Shown: one piece after another, positions 12,665 to 24,396 of the stretch
How positions within the stretch are numbered: the first letter of the stretch is position 1
Layout: the number at the start of each line of letters is the position of its first letter
Assembly: GCF_018350175.1 (NCBI RefSeq)
Contig: NC_058368.1
Coordinates: forward strand, 154,630,001 to 154,694,000
Origin: Felis catus
Taxonomy: Eukaryota
Length of the DNA: 64,000 nt
Direction: 5' to 3'
Notes under the pieces: generated by a model
The model's input: the letters and a program-made list of their open reading frames with translations, nothing else
The model's database searches: none
Told to the model about the DNA's origin: nothing
Position numbers and translations under genes: made by a program

Positions 12665-15600
12665 TTCTTTTGTAAATGGCAGCATGCATCAAGAAGAAAA
12701 AGAGATCAGGTAGAACTGAATGTGACGGACTGGTCTTCCACTGACACGAGTTCAAAGGCTAAAGACTATTGATTGAGATAAAAGCCCAGGTTCTTATCTA
12801 ATGTTAAAGACACTCCTTGTTGTCTGAAAACGGTGCACATAATTAGGCAGAAAGAAGAGCACTTCAGCCAGAAAATTACTATAAACTGAGCTTCATTAAA
12901 CTTAGATATTAGTTAATTTAAAGGAAGAAGGTATTATTCATTGATATATTTTAATGAGCTATCTGGCTGTCTTTTCTATGGTAAGAAATAAAAACGTGTT
13001 CAGAGTTCGGCCTGGTTAATGTATCCCTGCTAAGACAGCAAAATAGATTAATATCATCCAAAAAGAAAAATACTTCATCCTCTTCAGGCACAAATGTACA
13101 GGATACCGAGCTATGGAATTATCGCCGAGGAGAAGTGAAAGAAAACTGAGCTTTACCATCACGTTAAATATTTTATTCTGTTTTTTAGGGTATGTGAAGC
13201 TGGACTATGGGAATGTGAGCTCTCTTACAATAAGCCGTGGGTGTTGCCTACATCATAGCTTATGGCCTACTTAAGTGACAGTTACATGGAGCAAAGGCAA
13301 ATCAATTTATTTTCTTTTGAATTACACTTATATCATTCAGGGTTTTTTTCCCCCTAGTAATGATTGGAAGGATGCATGTGTCATTAACTTACCAAGGAAA
13401 AAAAATATATAATTTACAAATTACACAGAGATGTTAGAGATGGCTTCAGTGTCCTCAATTTAGGTTTAACTGTGAGGTTTATTTTTCCCCTAATGTGTGT
13501 TTGTTTGTTTTGTTTCTAATTTTCTTCACTTTCGTTACTATTCGGAGATCTCTATGCCAACAGAGGGTTTTTGTTTGTTTTTAGGACAGACTTCATCTGA
13601 CAGAGTTACTAGAGAATTTCCGTTCAAAATTGGAATTAAATGGAATTAAATTATTAAAATGGTTATTTGTGAGGTGCTTACTTTTGGTGGCATGTGATTG
13701 AAAATTACCTCGTTTGTAACCCCGGTAAAAAAGAAGTTCTAGAATAGATGCAGTAATCTCTTTTTAGTTGCATTTTTGTTTTGTCTTTAAACTTAGGCAA
13801 AACTGATTGATTATATAGTATATTCATTGTGGTGGGCTTAGGGATGTATTAATGCTATTTAAAACTCGTGTAACTATTGAATTACATATGAAATTCCTGA
13901 TATTGTTAGAATGACTTAATTATTCTGGCACTGTTATTGTAACATCAACACATCCACTTAAGATCATATGTTAAGAAGAATGCATGACCAACCCATTTTA
14001 GAACATGAAGAAGTAACAACAGCAAAGCAATCTAAGTGAGTGAAGTGATACACTAAAAAATGTAAAATCCGAGTGCTTTTGGTCTTTGCAGATTCAGACC
14101 CTAGTCCAACATTAAGAGACACAACTGGAAATATGCACACGTCATCTATTTGTATCCTAATTCTTTGTTGTTATTAGAGACAATACCCCACACCTGAGAG
14201 CTAATTCTTTCATCTCCAAAAGTCCTTGATTGAAAACCTTCACTATATTTATTAATGAGTAATACTGCAGGAGTCTACCATTTCATATTTGTGGATACTT
14301 TCAGAAAATATTTATTCCTTCAGAAGTGCCCAGAGTGATGTGAACTTGAGATTTTACTGTCTAAATTTGTCTACCCTCCAAATCCTAAATGGTAGTAAAG
14401 ACAAAGAAGGAAAATAAAAGTTTCTGAAAGCTGCATTTAAAAAAAAAGGTAAAGAAAGAAAGAATTTCGATCATATTTCTGGAAGAGGAACGGAGTGAGG
14501 GAGATACATGAGCCCAGAGTAGTCAGAATCAGGAAATGAGTTCTGATAGATTGAGAGTGAGTGGTAGAAAGAAAGAGAATGACAAGAAGTAAGAAATCAC
14601 TTTCTTGAATTAAGAGTGAGTGATGCAGCCGGAGAAGCAGAGAGAAAGAGAGATGGAGTTGGAAGCAGAGATGAGAAGAGAGCTACATCACAGAAGCAGG
14701 GAGGCTGTAAAAGACCATTGCATAATAAAGCAGGTGCATTGCACGCACACTGGAACATTAGAGGTGATATCTGTAACCAGACGCTATAAAAATTCCACTT
14801 ATTATTAGAAGCTGACAGAATGCAAATAAAAGTAAATGAATAAAAGAAACAAAGCACACGTAAAACAGGACAGAAGACCTCCAATGGCCCTGAGTTCTAA
14901 TCCTTCCTGGCTCTTTTTTGTTTTGTTTTGTTTTGTTTTGTCTTACTGCTACTTTAACACTGATCTCGCAATATGACACGCCAGCATCAATTCTTCTACT
15001 CTGTCCTAAGAAATGGGCTAGGCAAGGAAGATCTGCAAAATTCCTAAATAACTGCAAGACCAGGGCTTTCATACAATATTTCAGTAATTCTGCTGATTAT
15101 TTAAAACCCCCAAATTTTTCATACCTTTAACATGTAGCAGAAGAGCACATCTTTTCTATGCAATGAAGGTTGTAAACAAAACCAAAATTGGCAAGGAGAA
15201 GGGTAGCTTTCTGGGAAGCAAAAATTTTAAAGCAAGCACTCAAAAGTCTTTGGAAAAGTTTCAGAGATTCGTTGGAAGCAAAATAATTCTCTCAACTCTA
15301 CTTAAAATGAGCTAGTTTTCCATGCAAAGCTATTTGGAGCCATAAAAAGACAGTAACTCTAATCAAGTATATAGATTCATTAAGGACCATACTAGATCGA
15401 GGTCAAATATGTGATCCTCCAATCTGGGTGCACTTAGCTGAGGCAATACTATCTCATCATTACTATCTTGAATTTATTGTCCATGAAATAGGCTGTTGCC
15501 TGCTTTTCTATCAAAACAAATATAAAGACTAATCCAGCACGTAAAAGTGTAGTCAGACTATTGAATCTTTTTAGCTGGTGTGGATACACTGCAAAGCAAG

Positions 15601-16429
15601 AGAAGTCCACATAACATTTAAAAAAATATCTTCCATAAAATAATGCATTTTCTCTACTAAATATCCATTGCATACAGTGGCTTTCATTAATTTCAGGAAA
15701 GGAAAACCAATCTTTGTATCTGCCTTGCTTTAAATGTCTTCTGTGCAGGAAAGTTTTAAGCAGCATCAGTATTTTACCTATCCAGATCAAAACTAGTCAG
15801 GGAAACAAGGACACAGGGTTCTGAGGAAAATGTAAGAGACTGAAACACCAATACTGTTGGGGGAACCAAGCGCAATGAGAAATATTAAAGGTTTGTGAAG
15901 ATTTCAGCATACTTTAAAAGAAAAAACACATACGCAGATATTAATTTTCACATATTTATATGTTTTTCATCACTTTATACAGCCTTGAGATGAACAATCC
16001 TGTTATCACGAAGACTTCTCTCAACAAGTAATAGCTAGAAATTAGCTTGGCACTGATTTAATTAAAATACCAGGTTTACATATTATTTTAGCATTTTCAT
16101 ATTCAATGTCTTCACTGGGCATTTATATAAGGATAAAAAAAGAGAAGTAATTTAAGATTATTACAAAGTTAATTAAATTAAATCAAATCTTCAATTACTC
16201 TTAATTTCCTTTATTACACAGTTTGGCCTTTGGTAAAAACTTTTTTCCCTTTTCTATCACAAGGTAAAATATTTCTTGCTATAATTCAGACCAGCTGCAA
16301 TTTGCAAATGTGCCAGAAAACTGTTCCTGTGCTGGTTGCTATTAGATAATGTATTTTACATAGATTAGCCTAAATTAAGAGTCAGGAGGAAAATCTTTTT
16401 TTCGTTTCATTTTTTTTTTTCTGGTTCTG

Positions 16430-17010
16430 AATGATGAGTAACTGTCAGTGTGTGGACGCCTCTTTTCAAGGAATGTGTGAAGCTGTCACCCTGCTACATG
16501 TGCAGGACCATCCAGATGTTACACAATATGAAATCCGGGTCTCAGCATCGTAATGATTGTCAAATGAGGGCCACCTAATTGTATGCCTGAGTCTCAGTAA
16601 AATGACAATTTCTGGAGAGTTGGAGAAGGCCAATATCTTTCCATTATTTTAAGCCAGTATCTTTTCTCGGTTAAGTGTGCATTATCTTCTTGTGGGATAG
16701 TGCTAAAAATATTTAAAAATCTGTTTTGCAAGGTACTGCACTGTAGTTCGTGATCAGATTTCATTGGTATTTACAGAGGAAAAAAAAGAAAATATTCTTA
16801 CATTACGGAGGTTTTGTCTAATCACAGCTATCAAGGATGAGGAATTCTGATCTGAGGACAGTGAACGTGCCACGCTGGCATCAGAGCCTGTTTATGCAGG
16901 TAATGGCTGGTTTAGGACACCTCTGAACTGTCACGCACCATGTGAATTAATGAGGCCATACAGGTCTAAGGTCCCTAAAAAGGCCTCTCTAGATTAGGGT
17001 CTATTAAACC
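16430..17010. promoter_or_regulatory. Putative conserved non-coding element
   Basis: Unique sequence with several CTGTCA (MEIS/TGIF-type) and TAAT motifs (TAATGATTGTCAAATG, GAATTAATG). Confidence 0.35.
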
Positions 17011-17499
17011 TGCCACAAGCTGCTTAGTGTTATAAAAGTAACAACAGAGGCTTAACATTTTGTTCTTTTCTCTTTTCCCTTGCTTTTTAAAATACTGAAA
17101 AGAAAAATTCTCTCATTCCTTAGCAAATGCTCTAACTTATAATGAAGAAAGTCCTATAGATTTATGAGACACTCGACGATTATTTAAAGAACACTAATGC
17201 TCAACAAAAACCTCCAATATCAAAAATATAAATTAGGTAGAAAAGTAGGTTTTAGGAACTGCATGGTGAGTTAATAAATGAAGCAGCTCTATTTCCTTGT
17301 TTTGTTTCAAGATTATTAAGGGCAGTTACATTTCAACAAAGTAAAATAACAGAAATTGCACACAAAAAAAGTGGCCAATATAATCAGGGACAAGTAGAAA
17401 ATATTAGCTCTGTTTAGGCTTAATCCAATATTTAGTTGAGGGAATAAAATATCATGATAGGTTCCCATGAAAAGGACAAACATCAACAGATAAAGAAAT

Positions 17500-19044
17500 G
17501 ATAATTAGCGTTTTTTAAGGATCACAGTTAATATCGCTCAGAGAATAATTTTATCCTCACGATATTGGCTTCACATTTGGTTGCGTGTCCTTTGTTCGCG
17601 TCCTGTATTATTTCAAAACTCTCTCTCAAATGGCTATAGTTTTTCTGGGTTGTGAATATTATTGCATTAATGGACTTTCGTTTTTGCTTAGAAAGATTTG
17701 AGTGCAAAATCACTTTCACATCTTCAAATCTATTAGGTGCTTAGCCTTTAATTTTTTGCGCATTAACATGAAATGGTCGAAATATGAGGTTATTTTTGGA
17801 GTGATTATTATGATTGTAATAAGGCCTGACACTTGCGCGACTTCAAACACACAACCACCAACAGTTCCATTACAACAAAAGAGCTCCCAGGATAACACAT
17901 TTTAATAGTCAGAAGAGTTGTGAATTCACAGCTTTGCACAGCAGGTGTGGCTGCACATCTTTGCACCCCTAAATACACTTGCTCATCTAATCTGACAGAT
18001 TAGACAATGGCACAAAACCCTCATCACCGATGTCTAAACAAAGACTTCATTTCAGAAGAGACAAAGCTTCGTGCAGACCGTGTTGCCACTAATAACTTTT
18101 CCGAGCGGAAAACAATGTATATTTTATTAATGAAAAACAAATTGCGGCAGGGAAGATGAATGTCTTGGCTTTTCTGACATTTTAAATAATTTGCCTTCCC
18201 TTCCCTTTTGTGCCTTTAATATTTACCTTCATATCAATCTTTATGCAATTTTGTTAATTAGCTATGGTGCTGGCAGCAAAACACGGAAGGCGTCCCAGTG
18301 TAGGACCTTAAAACCCGTGTTGCCAGGGGAAAACAATCTTGCTATTTTTGCGAGAGTAAACTATATTGGAAAGTATCTCCTTAATTAGAGCCAGAGGTTA
18401 AGTTGGACTCTGGGGCGCCCACGTTCTGGTGACAAGGCACTTGGCAAAGGGTTTCGAACAGGAAAAGGCAACCTGATTTTCTATTCAACTTTGTCGCCGC
18501 TGAACATTCAAAAGTGAGGCTGGGGATGTGCGTATTTACCAGAAGGGAATGGACTGAGCATTAATGGGCTCGGGAGGCTTATTTGGAGGCAGCTGCACTT
18601 ATCATGAATCAGGAAAGGGAAATAGCAGCCCTGGTGTGCTGTAGGTCAGTCACAAATGTCGACTTGAGAGAGCCATAAATCTCTCGCAGGACTCCAGCCA
18701 GTGACTTGCAGAACACCCTTCTAGCGTTTCCCTATAATTTAAAGATTATGTAAGGTGTATCGTGAGGGTGTTCGATGAAAATATTAATTTAGAGATAAAT
18801 CCCGTAAGCGCTTGGAGGCAGCGGCTTCTGCCGCAGTAGCTCTTCAAACAGGACACAGGCTGCTAGTTTGGTCAACAGTAGGAGGTCATGGAAGGCTGCC
18901 AAAGAAAACAAACCTTTTTCAATAAAATGCTTTCAGATCTAAGTAGTCACAGAATATCTCCTGTACTGTTTTATTACTGATATTTAAACTTTGATATATC
19001 GTCTTTTGCTCGAGTCAGAAATCTTCATCATAAAATGAACTGTG

Positions 19045-19050
<6 letters not shown>
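17500..19050. promoter_or_regulatory. AT-rich, CpG-retaining putative regulatory region (enhancer or weak promoter)
   Basis: About 40 CpGs counted by eye in ~1.5 kb versus about 3 in 38000-39500; no repeats; many TAAT motifs. Confidence 0.5.

Positions 19051-19086
<36 letters not shown>
19045..19086 (+). repeat. (GC)3(AC)n microsatellite
   Basis: GCGCGCACACACACAC... Confidence 0.95.
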
Positions 19087-19087
<1 letters not shown>

Positions 19088-21040
19088 AAGAAAGGCAATT
19101 AATCACAGCCAACTCTTTCCAGCGAGTTCAAATAATTTTCTGTTGTTTTTGCTGGGGGTGGGGAGGGCAGGGAAGAGAGGAGGGAGGAAATGGTAAAAGT
19201 TGAAGTGTCAACTGTTTTGCTTTTTAAATGTATTTATTGTTTCCAGAAAGACAGATGGTATATATTGGTAAGAAAAATCTTGAGACTTTGAGAGAAATGA
19301 TACAAGTTTCCCAATGAATGGTTTATTAATGATAATGCTAAGGGACGATGTCATTTTCATTTAGCAATATGGCATAACTGATCCTAAAATAAAAGTATTC
19401 TACGTCTGTGTCTTTGGGTAATTGGATAATGTTAAAATATGAGGTAGAGTGTACAATGGATATTCAAATTTGTCATATACTTAATAACCTAAATTAGAAA
19501 TTAATGCAGTTGCAAATATTGCCAAGGTAAGGATGAGAAAGTTGATATAATTGATTTCCAAAAAATCACCTTTCGCTTGTAAGGTAAGCATTGCGCTGGA
19601 GAACTGTTTACCGCAATTTGCATTTGCATTTTCTAAGATGCCCCTTTAGAGACCAGGAATCCATTAACGGCCTTCTCTCTTGTGGTTGGAAAGTAAAACA
19701 CTTGGTGACCACAGTAAGCACCAGATTCTACTAAATGGGTACCAAGTACTACCAAGGCCATATTCGTGTTCATCACTGTGGTTCACAAGGAGATTTCCAA
19801 CGTTTTGAGTTTTTACCTCCCATAATTATTTAAGCCCTAAAGATATATAAGAATAAATGCAAATTGAAAACAATATAAATGAGGATTTTACATATTGTTA
19901 ATGATATCCTGGAGTTGTAAGATGTAATTAACATTATAGTGTGCCTGGACAATCCAGGCAGAAACCAAATGAGAATTTGCGTCTCAATATCGGAAGTGTT
20001 GATGCAAAACTCACAGGTATCTCTCGCCCACTCCCTATGTTCTCAGAGGATGGTTCAAGTGTTTTAATACTTCTCTTCGTATCTTGACTGGTTTTAAAAG
20101 TAACGTGTGCGTGGAGAACTCTGACACTTTCGGTGCAGGCATTATCAGCACAGCGATATCTGTAAGCTATGCATGGCCACCTTTATTGTTTTACTGTTTT
20201 AAAAGCTATGTTCCACTCTGAAATTACATTAAGAATATAAATTTCAACCTCAAATTATGATTCTGTACAACAGAGACAGAATGTGTGCTTTGTAGCCCAA
20301 GATCCCTTTCATTTAATATTAAGCATTCATCCTCTCACATTTTTCTATTTTTGAAAACTATTTGAAATGAATAGACATACACCATAGGATTCTAGACCCT
20401 GTAGAATCCCAGGGCCTGTGGCAGACTGAAGCCTAGCAGCCTCTTGTGCGGACACTGCCAGCAGAATATTTGAAGTTGATGCAGCTTAGGAAGAGGCTGA
20501 TCTTCACAGAAAAGCCAGAATTTCTATAAAAAAAAAAATTTAAAGCCATTTTGCCCCTAATCGTAGACAAGCGTTAAAGATCTTAAAACATGGCTATGAT
20601 CAGGCAATTTTTTTGGGACACTTTTTAAATGAAGAGTAGCGTCTGCACAATTTAGAATGATGGACAGATATTCTTATACATTCCATACAGTCTGAATTTG
20701 AAAGCTACTAGCTATATGATCTTCTTGAGTCCCAGTCTGTCCCCTTCTTTGATATAGCTAAAATGAGTTGGAAAGCACAGAGATTATTTTGAATTGATGT
20801 GAAATATGCCCTGTCCCCGCTGTCCTATGACATGCCTGACATTGGCCATCATGCGTTCAAGTTGATTCCTTCGTATTAGTCTATACAGAATACAAGCCCA
20901 GGCTCTTCCCTTTTTCTGTTTTATACTCTTCATTGCTTACTTCTACCCACACACGGAGGGAAAAAAAGTCATCACAAGGCACTAAGGAAACAGAAAATGA
21001 GAGACAATATTCTTGATCACTTCACTAAACCAGCTTAGAG

Positions 21041-21235
21041 TTTTTTGTTTTTGTTTTTGTTTTCCTCTTTTCATATTAAAGTGGGGGTGTGGCAAGAGGT
21101 AGAGAGAGAGAATCTTAAGCAAGCTCCATGCTCAGCACAGAGCCTGATGCAGGGCTTAATCTCAGACCCTGGGATCATAACCTGAACTGAAATCAAGAGT
21201 TGGACACTCAAGTGACTGAGCCACCCTGACACCCC
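21041..21235 (-). mobile_element. Older Can-SINE
   Basis: GAATCTTAAGCAAGCTCCATGCTCAGCACAGAGCCTGATGCAGGGCT...GAGCCACCC; diverged TSD ACCAGCTTAGAGTTTT / ACCAATTTAGAGTTTT. Confidence 0.9.
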
Positions 21236-21811
21236 ACCAATTTAGAGTTTTAACTCAAGTTTCAGTGGTGAATTAACTCTGTCAAGCGTTTCATGGATCA
21301 AAACAAACAGGATGCTTTTCTATTTGTTTAGCATGAGATATAGAGTTTTAAGACTATTTAGCACTAAAGATTGATTTTATGAATTGAAACTGAATCTAAT
21401 TGCTTCCCAATAACAAATAGTATATTGCTGTGATGGAAAGTAGAGTTGATAACTGAGGATCAAGAAAAGGGTCTATTATACAAATGGACTGTGGTCTTTT
21501 TTGGGGTATTTCCCTAATATAGCTATAATATCAAGAATCTGCACTGAAAAGATTCTGCCATTGCTAAATTCGAAAGATGATTAAGAATCTGTAATTATCA
21601 TCAGTTGACTGGGGGGCGAAAATGGGCCACAGAGAAAGAAAGAATTAGAAGGGAGAACTATTGTTGGAGTGTGAGGACATGGTTGGCATAGTCAGATAAC
21701 AAGGAAGTTTCTGTATCTGATCATGCTCATGAGTAAGAGTCAATAATTGCTGTTGTCATCTTATGACATAGGTCAGCATTTTGTTATACAGTAAATAATT
21801 GTAGATAATTA

Positions 21812-21867
21812 CAGACATGTCTTGTTTATTGCATTTTGCTTTACTGCACTTCACAGATACTGTGTGT

Positions 21868-21900
<33 letters not shown>

Positions 21901-22529
21901 TATATAAAGTCATAGCAACTCTGCATAGAAAAAGCCTGTTGGCATCATTTTTCCAACAACAGTTGTTCAGTTCTTGTCTCTGTGTCACATTTTGGTAATT
22001 CTTGCAATATTTCCAATCTTTTCACTATTGCTACAATTGTCATGGTGATCTGTGGTCAGTAATTACATCCCACTGAAATCTCAGATGATGGAGAGCATTT
22101 TTTTTAGTATTGAAGCACTTTAAAAAAAATTAACGTTTATTTATTTTTGGGAGAGAGAGAGAGAGAGCGGGGAAGTGGCAGAGAAAGAGGGAGACACAGA
22201 ATCCAAACAGGCTCCAGGCTCTGAGTTGTCAGCACAGAGCCCCATGTGGGGCTCGAACGCGGAACTGTGAGATCATGACCTGAACCGAAGTCGGATGCTC
22301 AGTCGACTGAGCCACCCAGGTGCCCAGCAATTAAGTACTTTTAATTAAGGTATGTGCGTTGTGTTTTGGAGCATAATGTTAGCGCACACTTAACGCTCTA
22401 CAGTGTAGGGCAAACATAACTTTTATATGCAGTAAGAAGTCAAAAGACTCATTTTCCTTACCTTACTATAATATTCACTTTATTGTGGTGGCCCAGAACT
22501 GAATCCACAATATTTCTGAGGTACGCCTG
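21812..22529 (+). mobile_element. Non-autonomous Tigger1 derivative (TcMar-Tigger; Tigger1a_Car-like)
   Basis: 5' end TA|CAGACAT...TTTATTGCATTTTGCTTTACTGCACTTCACAGATACTG and 3' end TATTCACTTTATTGTGGTGGCCCAGAACTGAATCCACAATATTTCTGAGGTACGCCTG resemble both Tigger1 termini; no transposase ORF. Confidence 0.85.
22122..22325 (-). mobile_element. Can-SINE nested in the Tigger1 derivative
   Basis: Reverse SINE body; diverged TSD AGTATTGAAGCACTTT / AGCAATTAAGTACTTT. Confidence 0.93.
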
Positions 22530-22689
22530 CACGCAGAGTTCAGGAATTATGTTATCTGCTGAGGTTAGAGAGCTACGATATAGTCATCATCTTCAAGAGA
22601 AACCCAGAGTTTAAGAGGACAATTCATAGCAATTCCTGGATCCTCACTAAAACATCTGTGACCCTCTACAGTCATGGTCTGCAGCCCCA

Positions 22690-23190
22690 GCGAGGTCCAT
22701 AGGGCTGCCTGGTCAGCTCCCTCACCTATTTTTCACAGAAACTATTTCAACTCAGTCCTATCTTTCCAAAACATGTACCATAACCCCAATCTATCACTCC
22801 TAGAAAATCACCTTACCTCCCATTCAGTAAGGAACACAGAAATCTTTGAGAGTCAACACAACTTGCTGACATCCAACAGACACCTATCCTGAGTTCTTTT
22901 TCTCCTCTCTCCTCGTGTTTGTATCATTCTACCAAAATTGTTGCCGAAAGTGCTGCACGTGGGTAGTCTTCAGTCATTCTCTTACTTAACCTCAGTGTAA
23001 GTTGACACTAGAAACAACTTCATCCTTCTTAGGAAGTATTTCTCACTACTGCCTTCTCCTTACCCCACCCCTTGGCTTGTTTCAACACTACCGTTTTCTC
23101 AAACTTTGGTCATTCCTTCTCTCGGAACTTTGCCTGGTTATTTTCCCTTGTCTATCACTTAAGTACAGATGTTTGATGTGGTTCCATCTT
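22690..23190 (+). mobile_element. L2 internal relic
   Basis: Pyrimidine-rich L2-like sequence (CCTTACCTCCCATTCAGTAAGGAACACAGAAATC). Confidence 0.45.
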
Positions 23191-24178
23191 TAAAAAATAT
23201 GAAAGCATTATTGCAAAGTCTAGTATAACAAGACCGATGAAGATTTTTGTTTGTTAGTGGCTAAAGAGATAAAAAAGGAAATCTCATTATTTTGTCTCAT
23301 GTTATTCTTCATTATACTTCAATTTCTTTTGTAGTCAAACACAATACTCAGTTAATGTTCATTGTGTACAAAGCATCATACTATGTACTTAAGAAAGTTA
23401 TGTAGTCTTTCTGCCATGTCTACAGAATTGGCTCTCTTATGTTCATTATGTCAGGCTCACACTGAGCCTTTGCAATCTTTACTAACATGTGGGAGTCCCT
23501 ACGTGTTGTGCAGCCCATCGACTTTTGATTTAGTACAATTAATGGTGCAGAATTTGTGCTCTCTCTGTGAACTTTTTAATAACCCCTCCCAAGTCTTATG
23601 ACGTGGGTATATCCACACCCATGAGTACCAAGGTTCCTACTTCAAGAATTTGTGTGAACTCTGGAAACTATTGACCCCCAAGGTTTCCTATAAAAACTGA
23701 AATACAACTTAACTCCATTTAATCAGTTAATTTCATCTGTAAAGTAACTTAGCCTAAAAAATATACTAAGTATATGTTAAGAATGGCACTTTTCACATGC
23801 CTGACCCCTTTCCTTAGGGTGGATATTGAAGATGTCACTTCAGTGTTTCATGCTAGAGGCATACTGCAGGGTCGGTTAGACCTGAGCTTGGAATCCTGTA
23901 GCAAAGAAACTATAATAAAAGTTTTAATAAAAAATATTAGCATCATGGATTGTGAGGTGTCCTAGGTTGCTGTTGGTTTTTTACTTCACTCATGGAGACA
24001 GGAATTTCTTTAAAATACACACATATACACACACACAACACATCTCACCTATACTCAAATTTTAGGACAAGAAAGTACAGATTCTGAATAATTTGCTAAC
24101 TGTATGCTCAGGGCATGTGTGGCACCCACACTGGTTTGCTGAATTAGTTAGGTTTTACTCTTGCACTCTGGAACTTTT

Positions 24179-24396
24179 TTTTTAAATTTTTAAATGTTTT
24201 TATTTATTTTTGAGACAGAGAGAAACAGAGCATGAACAGAGGAGGGGCAGAAAGAGAGGGAGACACAGAATCTGAAGCAGGCTTCAGGCTCTGAGCTGTC
24301 AGCACAGAGCCTGACACGGAGCTCGAACTCACGGACTGAGAGATCATGAACTGAGCTGAAGTTGGTTGCTTAACCGACTGAGCCACCCAGGCGTCC
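24179..24396 (-). mobile_element. Can-SINE (SINEC_Fc)
   Basis: Full reverse body; TSD CTGGAACTTTT. Confidence 0.96.

Noticed and set aside
12287..12772. His/Thr- and Cys/Val-rich ORFs
   Set aside because: Produced by the dinucleotide repeat
20387..20410. Small hairpin GGATTCTA-N7-TAGAATCC
   Set aside because: 8-bp stem is too short to support a structured RNA call
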